Origin: Octopus sinensis
Lineage: Eukaryota
Direction: 5' to 3'
Length of the DNA: 64,000 nt
Assembly (NCBI RefSeq): GCF_006345805.1
Contig: NC_042998.1
Span: forward strand, 135,098,001-135,162,000
A program made the position numbers and the translations under genes. Positions within the stretch are counted from its first letter, which is position 1. Each line of letters starts with the position of its first letter. A model generated the notes under the pieces. That model was not told the origin of the DNA, made no database searches, and worked only from the letters and a program-made list of their open reading frames with translations. Of the stretch, positions 12,129 to 25,793 are shown in pieces.

Positions 12129-15100
12129 GTACATATATGGTAGTTGCAGTTTACTACTGCTATAATAGTATGTGACGTAGGTTTAATTTCCAATTTTCAT
12201 TTTCCATTTCTGGCTGTAGTTCATGTGATTTTCACTTGATCAAGTTTGTGTTGTTCTCTGTGGAGATCTACATGAAGTTTGTTTACATCCCTATAACTTA
12301 GTGATTCAGCAAAGAGACTAATAAAGTATCAGACTTAAAGAAAGAAAAAGAAAAAAAAGAACCAGTACTGGAGTTAATTTGTTTGATTAAACTCAAGTCA
12401 GTGCCCCAGCATGGCTGCAATCCAGTAACTGAAACAAGTAAAAAATATTTTTAAAAAAACGATCCATCTTTTATACTAGTAATAAATAAATGTTGCTGCA
12501 AATGATTGAAGAGCTCCCAATAATTTTAGTGTTGTTAATATTTGTACATTGACAAATTACACTTACTGACATTAATCTACAGATATTAAAATGGAACATC
12601 AACTGTATAAATCTTAGTCTGTTTGAGGGTGGTGGTGCAAAGGTTATAGGCACTGTTCCCTCACTGCTGGCTAGCCTATAAAAACTTATGGTAGTATTTC
12701 ATGATACAAGTGCTTAATTATGTACTGCAAACTGTAGACTAAAGCAGTTTTAATAATTAGATTATGCTTTAAAGTAATTGCATCTATTAGGAGTATTTTA
12801 ACATATTCTAACATCATCATCATAGCTTAGATAATTGAATAATAATAAATAAACCTTGACTAACCTTATAGTATAAAGAATAAAACAACAATACAAAATG
12901 GATAAGGATGCAAAAAAATATTCTGAGATATCTAAATTGCTAGTAATATTTGGAATTAGGAAACCTTTTTCTTTTTTATATCTAAAAAATGTTTCACTCT
13001 TTTTACATCATGTTGGATATTACCAATTAATCTTTGGTGTTTGATATAAGTGTCAGCTCTGAGTAGATCTCACATTTTTTTATACAATCCTCTCCATGGG
13101 TGGGTGGTCCTTGTGTTGACTTAGTTATAGAATACTGGGTTCAATTGAAGTTTAATCCTTTATATTTCTATGTTTAATTCTTAACACGTTGACTTTTCCT
13201 TTCATCATACCAAGCATGGAATCTGCATGGAATCTCATTTTAATCCTCAAAACAGATTTCATAACAACATTGTATTATTATGCTTGTCTCTTTAAAAATT
13301 TCATCTTTTATATAAACTCTTTTTCTCTTATTCTTTTTACTGTCCCTGCATGCATTATCAGACAGACAAATGCAAATCATCTTATTCTATTAACATTGTA
13401 ATTATCAGCATCATAGTATCTGCTTCGGACATATTCTCATTGAGTACCACAGAGACAAACATTTTGATCATTACTCTACTTCCCTTGACTGTCTCAGTAA
13501 AACTGTCATAATTATATACTAACTGAAAATGTACAAAAGTTTGGGAATATTATTTCTAATTAAGATAATAGGGTTTTAACTTCACCCAAGCTGAAAATGA
13601 ATTAGCTTTTTGGCCTGCTCATGGCTGATGTTAATCAGCTCTATAATTGTAACAGCACCTTACTGTTTGTTGTTATAATTGCAGTTGATTACTTGTGTGG
13701 GTTGCAAATTACAACAAGGTTCAGTTTTTTACAGTTTCATAAGGCTATTATCTTATTTGAAAATATTATTAGATGATAGAATCTATAAAATTGTCTGAAT
13801 GTGATTCAAGAATTGTAATTCTCCCATAAAGTTACTGAAAGGTTAATTAGTTTTTGAACAGAACAAAGTTGGTTTTTTAGCTTATTACATTGCTCTGTGG
13901 AAACTGTTGAGAGTTTAACCTATTTGGTTGATATTTGATGCTGTTAAATTCTCATGAAAAACCGTATACACTGTTGTAATTCAAGGCAACAAAATAGACA
14001 ATTATTTTAATGATACCAGCTGTATCACCTAATTTACTGCAACAAAATCAATACTCTTCACAAAGAAACTTGTGCTTATTTTTGTTCTTTTTTTATGGAG
14101 ATAATTTTTTTTTAAATGACAAACATTTTTAATTGTATTTGTCTTTTCAAATGGATTGTTCTTCCTACTACAGAATCTCGTCTATGTCTACTCCACCCAC
14201 TCCAATCACTACATTTTAATCATTTAATTTTGATATTACCTCAATCTGATATTATCTATTTTAGTTTCCTATTGAATTTTTATTACAAAAGTAAACAAAT
14301 CATTTACCACTCACTACCTAGTTTATTTATTTTTTTTATTCAACATTATTGACTGAAAAAGTGTTTATGGAGGTGGTGTGACAAGAGTAAAAGGACAAAT
14401 GAAAGTTTGCCTTGCAACTATGTCATTTACGATTCAGTCTCACTGCATGACACTTTCAGCAAGTGTCTTCTAATATAGCTTCTGGGTTGACCAATGCTTT
14501 ATGAGTGAATTTGATAGATGGAAACCTGTCATCTAAACCATGTGATTTGGGGTTTGGTCCCACTGCATGACATCTTGGGCATCTTCTAGCATAGCTTCAG
14601 GCCAACCAATGTCTTGTGAGTGAATTTGGTAGGCAGCAGGTCTGTTGTGTGTGTGTTTGTATGTGTCTTTGTCCCTGCACACAATACATGACAATTGATG
14701 TTTGGTTTGTTAATGTTTCTGTAACTTAGCAGTTCAATAAAAGAAACCAGTAGAATAAGTACTGAGGCCAATTTGATTAAACCTTTCAAGGCGGTGATGC
14801 CTCAGCATGGCTAAAACAAGTAAAAGATAAACAAGAATAACATTTTTTAAATGTTTTATATTTCTTCTAATAAAGGACAAAAAATGCCTTACACCAAAAT
14901 TTTAAAGTTATCTATAATGTAGTAAAAGTTTACAATCTTGCTTATAAATTTGTTTGTGGTGAAATTTTATTAATCCTGCAGTCTCTGTAGACACCACATT
15001 GCTGAATGGTTAACAAATTCATTTTGCAACCATGAGGTCCCAGTTTGATCCCACTGAATGGCTTTGGGCAAGTGTCTTTTCCTTTTGCCTTGAGTGAACC

Positions 15101-18100
15101 CAAGCTTTCGATTGGGCAGATAAGACTGTGTGAAAGCCTCATAGGTGATTTGTACCTGTAATTAAAAGATGCAGCCTTGTTACACATGGTGCTATGCTGA
15201 TTCTGCCTGAGCATTGTATTAAGGGTACACATACCTGTGGAGTACTCAGCTACTGAGACATTACTTCAATGAGTGGTAATTCAGTTGATTGAACAACTGA
15301 ATCCTTGGCTTCCCAACTGATGATCTATTTACCCTACAATCTGTTGTATACTACACTGTGTTGCTACTGTAGTCTATGGTATTGCTTACTGTTTAAAACA
15401 AATGCCTTAGAGAAAGTTTTAAACTTTTTTTTTTTTGTGACAATCAGAAATACATCTGTACTAATTTATAACAGGTGTTTGATATCCAAAATAAAATTAC
15501 CATGTTAAATGAATCAGTGATAACTGATGGAAAAATGCTTCATTCCAAGACTCCAAAATGTCCTGAGCATTGTGGATGGTTGCTAGGACATGCTTTTGCA
15601 GTCCAAGTAGAATCTTTGACTGATTACTGGTCTGTGTTATTACAGAGTAACACAAAATTTAGTGTATCAGTGATAAGTGAGAATATATGTGTAATGAAAA
15701 CAAGTAAAAGAAAAAAATATAAGTGTTCAGTTCTCGAATAATATTGATTTGGTATGTTGTAATATTAATTATTAAATTTTTATTTTCAGTTATGTTAACC
15801 TATCCTTAATATTTTAAAGAATTAATATATGAACCATAAAAGAAATCTTTAAGTCCTCTATAAACTAGTTATGATATAGAATTATGGTATAACACTATAT
15901 TATATCATGAATGCCTACTCCACCTCCCCCTGTGGGATGAAGTTAAAATAATAGACAGAGAACACCACTGGAAAATATGAAAACTAAAGCAGCAGCACAT
16001 ATACTAGGGCACAACAACCTCCTAAGCAGACCGAGTGCAGATATGAACAGCATATGGGAAATTTATGAACCCTAAAATTCACTCCATAATTGCCCATGGG
16101 CATATGGCGTAGTAGTTAAGAGTGCGGGCTGCTAATTCCAAGTTCGATTCCAGGCAGTGACCTGAATAATAATAATAATAATATCAAAAAATACCTTAAG
16201 AATGAGAACCCAGGTTCGAAATTTCCCCAAGACACCCGATGAAGGCTGGAAGGTATATCAGCCGAAACATGTTAACAACAAACAAGATGAGGACAACTAT
16301 CTGTCAAATGTAAATAATGTAAATAATATGTATACCTATGTTAAGATCTGTTGAAATGGTGAAACTTCTTTTTCTTTCTCAGGCCAACCGCTTCCACAGA
16401 ATCTCTGCATCAACTGTCACAACATATCAATGACCTCCTTCATGAAGTAAGTGCTTCTATTTTTGACTCGTATTGAAGTATGGTGCATCCGGAATGTATA
16501 ACTTGTGTGTTGCTTTTATGCATTTGATTAGCTGCCATCCATAACTTTTTCTTGCTTGAGCAAAGCTTAGCAGTAGCAGTAGTAAAATATTTAATATCAA
16601 CAACCATTATCAGTCGTTATATTAATTACATTAGATTTTAAAAAACAGCTTATTTGAACATAGGTTGTTTTTTTCTTTCTTGTAAATAACTTTAGAGATA
16701 TAACCATTTTGTGTTGCAATATTGAAAATGCTACAAAAATAAAGTAATTGTATTTGAGAGATTAAATTTCTCATTCCCTATAACTGCTGAAACTGGAATT
16801 TTGCTTGAGGATATTTTAATTACCAAATCCTTTAACCCGTTCTTTTCATATATTTTTCAATATTAAACTTTTTGATGGATAAATGTGAAAATTTTGAATT
16901 TATTCTTATAATGGAAAGTTAATATTTCATTGATATTTTCTGAGCTGGTTTTATTCTGCTATATGAATTCCTTCTCTGGCAAAATTACAATTTTACTGAT
17001 GTAGATTTATATATATTTTTTTCTCACTGTTTCACTTCACCAATCTTGGAGGTGCAGTAGAAATGTTGTCAGTTTTAAATGAATTAGGTAGAATTATTAT
17101 TAGATTTCAGTTGTGGAAAATTGCCAAAGACTACAAGGTTGTTTTCTAAAAAAACATTAGTAGTGAGTTAAAGATGTGAATATAAGTTAATATTTAACAA
17201 AATATTGTTTTTATTTATAGAATTTCAAATAAGATTTTATTCTTTGTATTAGTTGCCAATCTTAAAACTTCTACTGGTTTGGCTATTATCTTCAATTACA
17301 CTAAATGACAGTCAGGTAACCTTTCTTGTGAGCTGTACTGAATCTTAAATATCAGCCCTTCTTTGTATGGAATTGACAAAATTTGGTATTCTGTTGAAAT
17401 GCCATTCTAGGTGAAAAAACTAAAGATAATCTTTTTATTTATTAAAACAAAGGAAGAGTTGAACACAAAAGTGTGTTAATAAATAACAAGTCTTACTAAA
17501 AATTGTTCTAATTACTTACTATATAATTTTCTTCTTTTTTTTTTGTAGTCTAATGCAATTATCAATGGCGAAGCACCGGTAGAGAATTCCAGTGTAGCAC
17601 AGTTAGAGGTATTTTATTTTCTATTGATTCTCTACTAATTCAGTTCCTGCTAATAATTTTGTTAAGATTTGAACTTCTATACTTGTTTTTATTTAATTTT
17701 GAATTGTGTGCACATGTGCATGAGCACGCACACATGTACAAATGTGGCTGAGTGATTGAGAAGCTTGCTTCCCAACCATGTAGCTTAGAGTTCAGTCCTA
17801 CTGTGCAAGTTTCTATTAGTCCCAATTCGACTAAAGCCTTGTGACTTTTGGTAGATGAAAGCTGAAAGAAACCCCTCAAATGTGTATCATGTTGTAAATA
17901 GATATCACTGTCCTAGTTGTGTACGTGTGTGTTTTTATATTATATATATATATATGAGAGAGTGAGATCATTAGACTCCTAAGAGGCTGGTTTTAGTCTC
18001 TCAGCAAGACTTATATTATGTAATAAAATTGATAAAAAGAGTACATTGAACATGTTGCAAGGAGTCGAAAATGTAACATTTAGGACAGTCCTTTATGGAA

Positions 18101-21100
18101 AAGTTGAAAGCAGAGTCAGTTTTTGTAGCATAAAGGATGTAAAACTCTGCTGTTTCATTATTTTTCCTTTCAACTCTTTCCTGAAGAAGTTTTCTATCTA
18201 AAATGGATTTTCTACTTATGGCAGTTTCACTTATTCTTTTTGATTTTACAAATAATATATATAAGTACTGGGTCAAATTATATATAAAAATTCTTCAAGA
18301 CAGTGCCTCAGAATGGTTCCAGTCTAATGAATGAAACATAAACAGAAAAGTTTGTTTGTTTGTTTATCATCATCATCATTGTTTAATGTCTGCTTTCCAT
18401 GCTAGCATGGGTTGGACGATTTGACTGAGGTCTGGTGAACCAGATGGCTGCACCACACTCCAATCTGATCTTGCAGAGTTTCTACAGCTGGATGCCCTTC
18501 TTAATGCCAACCACTCTGAGAGTGTAGTGGTTGCTTTTACGTGCCACCGGCACGAGGGCCAGTTAAGTGGTACTGGCAATGGCCATGCTCAAATAGTGCT
18601 TTTTATGTGTCACCTGCACAGGAGCCAGTCCAGTGGCACTGACAACGACCTCACTCGAATGTTTTCTTTCATGTGCCACCAGCACAAGTGCTAGTAAGGC
18701 GACGCAGGTAATGATCATGCTCAAATGGTGTTTTTAATGTGCCATTGGCATGGAGGCCAGCTTGTTGCTCTGGCAACAATCTCACTCGTATGGTACTCTT
18801 AGTGCTCCACTAGCAATGGATGCCAGTCACCGAGTTTGATTTCAATTTCACTTGCCTCAACAGCTCTTCGCAATCAAGTTTGATTTCAATATATATGTAT
18901 AAGACACAGGTATCACTATGTGGTTAAAAAGTTTGCTTTACAATCACATGACTTTGGATTGGATCCCTCTGCATGGCACTTGTAGCGAGTGCCTTCTTCT
19001 ATAACTGCATGTTTTACTACTGGCTTTTGAATGAAATTTTGTCTGAAAACTACAGAAATTCATTGTATAGACATCTATATATGTTTACTGATGAAAGACT
19101 TGAGTTGCTTCCCTTCCTATCGATAACCAATTTAATTAAATAAGCATTGGGTTAAAATAAGTTCTGGGATTGATATTGTCTAGTATCTTTGGAGGTTATG
19201 CCTTTGCAGTGAATGAAATGAGTAAATTATGTAGATGGTGATACACAGTCAGTTCATTTATAGCATATAGTTTCTGTTCAGTTCTAGTCTTTCATCTTAA
19301 ATTTAATTAAACATGTTAAATTTCTTATTTTTTTATATAAGTCTGTAGAACATTTGGGATAAGAAAAGTAAATAATTGTTGTTCTTTTCAGGAACGGAAC
19401 CGAGAACTTGCTGCACTACTTGAAAAACATATCCAGGCTAATGAGCAGCTTAATGTACAAGTTCAGCAGTTGGTGAGTACACATACACACAGTTAAGGGA
19501 AGTGAGCTGAAAGGCATGCACAAAAATTCTAAATTATTTGAAATTGACCTCTTAGTTGCAGAAAGAAAATTAAAAAGAAATGTGACTTGTATAAATGAAT
19601 CTCAGAGAAATGGAAATAATTTCACAGGAAATTAAATTTTTATTGATTTGTTGGGAAAGAATTGACCTTTGTTAGCAAGCAAAGTTACTTACGAATGTAA
19701 ACATGTTTCAGTCATGTTAGACTACATCATCATTGACTAGGTTTCTCAACTCTTAGTTCTCCAATAGCTCTTTGCCACTTGGAAATATTGAATTATTGAA
19801 ACAGCTTGGTTAAAGTGGTTTGATGTGCTTAAGTTCTTTTCTTAAAAGAAACCATGCATGTTTTGAATGTTTCAAACATTTATTGAGTAATTTGTAGATT
19901 AATGTATTTTCCTTTTTACTTTTGCTTTATGTGAGCTACCAGTTATCGTCTGTCCATATGACTGCTCCAAACTAGTAGTCTCAGAATGTAATTGTATTAT
20001 AGTGAAACTCTTAGATTCTGAGAAATGTGACGAAGCTCTGTGTCGGCCCATATAAGTTTGGAGAAGTTTGCAAACTTGGGATAAATTTGTGTGGTGTAAG
20101 AAGAGTATGCTAAAATTTGAAGCAGAGCAAAGAGGTATAATAATGGAAAATATAAGACAAATCTAAGAACTACAAAAAAAAAAATCTTTAAAGTTGCTAA
20201 CATTAGGAAGAGCATTAAGCTGTAGAAACCATGCCAAAGTGAACACTGGAGCATGATGCAATCCTGGGATCCATGGGATTTTGTCAAACTGTTCAATCCA
20301 TGATAGTATGTAAACCCAAAAACTAAATGATGATGACAAATCAAAAGTTGACATATTTGTCTGTTTCAGAGGTTATTGGCTTGTGCAATATGAAATAACT
20401 TCAAGGAGGAACTAAAATTAAACCCAGACATAAATTCTCTCATAGAATAGCACCAACCACAAACTGATTGATATATTTTAAGACTGGTAAAAAAAAGCAC
20501 TTTGTCTCACTTTGTTACATATATTGGTTATATAAACAATAGGACCAGTGGTGGTAGTAACAGCTGATCCCCAGATATAACCAACTTGGTGGTTTACTTT
20601 TGTGTTAATTTGCTGTATGTTTCTTATGCTTCTACATTTTAGAGGGACCAATCACAACAACTGCAGAATGAACTTCATGAAGAGAAACAATCTTTTGTTG
20701 ATAAACAGCGGGATGTAGGCTCTTTGAAGGATCAACTACAGGTAAAAATAAGCCTTAAGTTATTAATGATATTATGTCTTTGTAAACCATTAGTTTTTTA
20801 TGGGTTGTATGCACTTTAATGCCCTTGTTGATCAAGGGTGTGTGTTTGTATATATATATATATGTGTGTGTGTGTGTGCCATGTAAAAGCACCCATGTGG
20901 TGCCACGTAAAAGCACCCAGCACAACCTGTAAAGTGGTTTGTGTTAGGAAGGACATCCAGCCATAGAAACTATGCCAAATCAGACTGAAGCCTGGTGCAG
21001 CTCTCTAACTTGCCAGCTCAGATCAGACCATCCAATCCATGGACAACAGTTGTTAATTGATGATGATGATGAAGTAAAATGTATTTGTGTTTGTTTTACT

Positions 21101-23560
21101 ACCTGGGCTGATTAGACAGTTTTGGTTAGCCATCTGTAATTCTCTCTTTTTCTTGACATGTCATGATGCCTATAAAATCATTAGTTCCTTTTACCTATGA
21201 ACTATTATTCTTTTTTTTAATTCCTTCAGTCCTTTGTTCACAATTTCCATTTCCTTCTCCATGATTTTCCTAAATTTAACCTTCACTCAAAGATTTACAA
21301 TTTGGCAAGTGTTAGCACATGTTAAACCTTTTTATTCAGTTATGTTTACATACTACAAATATCCAGACTCTTTCTCATGTTTGACTGTCAATACTAGAAA
21401 TATTAATTGTATCACTTTGTAAACAGTTTGGTAAAACACTATATTCTCAAATTCAAAGTCTCCTCACTTTTATGTATTTCATCATGATTTGTACATCAAC
21501 CAGTATGCTAACTTGTAAGATAACTGGGCCATTTGAAGAAATCAGCCCTGTCTTATTTTTAGCTGTTTATGCTAGAAATAAGATAAGATTGTGAAAAAAT
21601 GTATACATTTTCTTTTGCCTCATGAGATTGATATATTTTACAGAATTTTAAATAACTCTTCATTCTCTCTCTTTTAAAACTCATCTGCTGTAGTATAAAA
21701 CCTTCAGTTGGCTTCATCTCCAAAGAGTTGTTTTTACTCAATAAGTGACCTTATAAATAAAAGTAATTTTCCTAATATTATATATAATAAAGAACTTAAG
21801 ATAAAAGGAAATAGATCCTCTGTTTTTCTTGATGTGTAACTAGGAAGTCATTAGGGTGTAGGACAAACTGTTCTGTGACATTTGTTTCAGCTCTCTGCAT
21901 TCAGTTCAGATCTGAGATCAGTTTTGCCATTCAGCCTTTTAAGATGGATTAAATCAAATATCAATCCAGGGAGATAAATTGGCAGAATTATTAGAGCATG
22001 GGTATTTGTGTTGGCTCTTTGTATACTGAGTTCTTGAGTAGTAGCTTAATCTGTCACCTGGTTTAATACCGTTAATTAGTTCTTGGGTACCTTTAGTGTG
22101 GAGTTACACTCTGTCACCAGCATTCTGGTCATGAGTTGGTGGGTAACTTCCTCCTTTCTTCCAACTATTCCTGGAACCATTGGGGAAAAATGAGTCATGG
22201 GTGTTGTCTCTCTCTCCTTGATTAAGCTGTGCAAAGTAAAGGAAAAAAAGGTGAACAGTAAAAAAAAAAATAATAATTCCAGTTATTTTTATCAATGGGA
22301 CCATCTGTTCAGTGAATCAGTGTTAGTAGCTGAGTATTATACTGACACTTTTACTTCTAACATGATACTGTGTGACATGGCTGGCTCTTTGAATTACTGG
22401 TACAGCCTATTTGATGGGTCTCCTTGCAGTTTTCTTCTACCTCAGTTTCTCTCACTTGACTTGTATCAATTCAGGCTCTAGTAGGTTTTTGCTCAAGGCA
22501 GGTTGAACCTGAAGTCTTCTGATTGTAAAGTGAACTTCTTAAATATTAAAAAAGTATGTTAGTTATTTGTAAGATTGTTTTTCTGTTGATTATTATTATT
22601 ATAATTTCATGGAGTAATTAATTTTTCTAATTATGAATTATGGATATGTGGAGATATATTTTTTTTCTTTAAGGTACATATTCAAACAATAGGAATTTTA
22701 GTGGCTGAGAAAACTGAACTCCAGTCAAAAATTGACCAACTTAAGAAACAGTCTGACCAAAGGCTTGGTGAGTTTTTATTTCTTAAAAAAAACATACTTT
22801 TCTGGATCTTTTCACTTTCGAAGCCTGATTTGTCAAATTTTTCCTACTTAACCAAACAATTTGAAACTTCGTATACTGGTAGAATGTGTCAAAAGAAAAC
22901 TTAATTGTAAACCAGAATGAAAACGGAATTGTAATTTCTAAGTTTAACATTGTTTAATAATTAGAATTTTAACCAATAGTATTCGGTCTTTCGGCTTGAT
23001 ATTATTTACTCCGCCTCAATAGACGTAACCGCCAATTTGGTGACGTACTAAACATACATGTGAAATGTAAACACAACTGAAATTTTTTATATATTATTAA
23101 CTAACTTATATATTAAACTTATATACTATATAACTAACTTAGTTTTTGTAAATTTTCGTATATTTTTTGTGATTTTTATTCCTTAATTTATTCGTGTAAC
23201 TTTTATTTCTGTAACTTTTTATCTTTGGCAATCTTTCGTTTGTAGTAGACCTTTCTGTGATAACTGAAATTTTTTACTCGGTGTATGTGTATATGTATGT
23301 ATGTGTGTGTATGTATCTATGTATGTGTGTGTGTGTGTGTGTATGGCCGATTCAGTGTTTACATTATTTCGAGTTAAAATGAAAGATTACCTTTGCTATG
23401 TAGAAAATAATGAGGTTGACTCAATGGAATAATGACAGTGATCGAAGATATAGACAAAATTTTTTTTGGTAATCTTTCGTTTTAACTCGAAATAATGTAA
23501 ACACTGAATCGGCCATACATACATACACACACACACGCACACATACACACACATACATAC

Positions 23561-23601
<41 letters not shown>

Positions 23602-25566
23602 CATACACACACATACATGCATACATACATACATATACACATACACCGAGTAAAAAATTTCAGTTATCTATCTCTGTCTCTTCACACACACTAACAGAAG
23701 TACTTCACTTACACAACATATTTTCTGTCTCCCACACCCCATCAAGCACACGCACACAAAACACAGACCTACGCACAGCTGTCTACGTCACAAAATAGCT
23801 TTCTATGTCACACTAAGATAATGCAGTAAATTATTTCAAATGAAAACAAACAATATGATTGGTTAAAATTCGCAGATTTAATCTACGTTTAAACTCATAA
23901 AATAGATTTTTCTCAAATAAACAAGTTGGAATTAGTGTTTTCTTTTGAGACACTCTACCAGTATACGAAGTTTCAAATTATTTACTTAACTAGAAAAATC
24001 TGCCCTCAGGCTTCGAAAGTGAAAAGATCCACTTTTCTTTATGATGAGATGGGCTTTTTTCCCACCTATACTCTGTTCTATAAGTACTATATGGAATCGT
24101 CTCTGGTTTGATGTTGAAGATAATGCTGTATGTCTGCATGTGCAGTTTGTAGCTCAAGAACTTTTATATGTCTATATTTTTACAAAATGTTTCTAGTTTT
24201 TGTAATTAAAATGCAAAAAAAAAAATATATTATACAGGTTTTATATAAGCATTAATCTTTTAGAAAAGTTTAATATTAAAAAATATTGTCTGAGAATTAT
24301 CTTGAAATAGACATCAGATTGCTTTTAATCTTCATGGTATATTTTGTATTACTAAAGTGTTTTTTTTTTTTTTTCTAATTTACCCCTTAAAAAAATTGCT
24401 ACACAAAGCCAGTGATAGCATTTAAACTCTTGGCTTTGAATGAATTAAGTATTAATTCACCTCTTGTATCTTTCAAATTGATCAATCTCAAATCCTTTTC
24501 ACTATTTAAATCTAAATAGTTTTTTTTAAAAGAAATTTATTTATAATGTTTTCCTAGATGAAATTGAAGAAATGGGAGGTCGTCTTCGGGTTTCCAGACA
24601 ACGGATTACAGAGTTGGAACGAAATATGTCATCTATTAATTCCTCAAGTCAGCAGTATGAAAAAGTAGGTATTATCTTGTTTATTAGTGGTAAAAATTTT
24701 CTATCATAAGATTATTAGAGCAGTTAATTGATTTTCTGTTTTTTTTTTTTTTGTCACAGCTGGTTGCCCTTTCTATTACTGACTATTCAACCATGATTTT
24801 AAAAGTAGAACTTATTTGACTATTTTTTGTTCAGGAGTAGGATATAGTGTATGATTAAAAAGGTTGTTGTTGAGAAACTCTGGTTAGCTCTGACAGAAAA
24901 GATTCTTAATGAATGTGCATGAGCAACCCCACAGATGAAAAACTGAACGACATTCTGGCTGCCATACAATGGTTGGCTGTGTGGACGCTGTTCAGAGCTC
25001 TGAGCCTGTTTTGTTTATTTTACTGTCCATTATAAGGCTCTGGTGTTTCCATCAAAGGTGGGCAAAGTACATGAAAGATTAATTTCTAATGTAACCATTA
25101 TGTCAAATATCTTAGAAATCATACGTTTTACTTCAGTTTTCTTGTCTGGCAAAAATATTCTCATTAGATTTTAATTTTCGTACTGCATTCTGAAATTAGT
25201 TTTATTTCTTCAAAGACAATTAACCTAAATATCATAATAATATTGATAACACAAGTTGCAAAGAGGATCCATTTTCTTTTGAAAATGTAGGATGAATACT
25301 CTTTGAAGAAAGTCATCTGGGCATAGAAGCTTATCTGTGATTTATGTTGTATTGTTACAATGTTTTATATCTGGTTGACTTCAATTACCTCAAGTGTCTC
25401 TTGAAAATATCAGTTGTATGTGTGCAGTATCTTCATTTGTTGTGTTATTAGATCCTTTATAGATTGTATTAGAAGAATACAACCATACCTGCTGTGCTAT
25501 TGGCATTAAACTTGGTTGGAGTTTATTCCTACACATACACACACACACACACATACACACACACAC

Positions 25567-25605
<39 letters not shown>

Positions 25606-25758
25606 TGCGCGTGCCAGAGTAAGCACATAACTGTGAAACAAGGTGGAAAAAATAGTACTTGAATACCGGAGGTAGAGTAATATGCTTTATTAATAAAGTG
25701 GCAAAGATATCACAAAAACTGTTACTAGGAGTAACAGTTTTTGTGATGTCTTTGCAAC

Positions 25759-25793
<35 letters not shown>

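Noticed and set aside
23396-23642. Cys/Val-rich ORFs (also 25390, 48451, 49604)
   Set aside because: Translations of (TG)n/(TA)n repeats.
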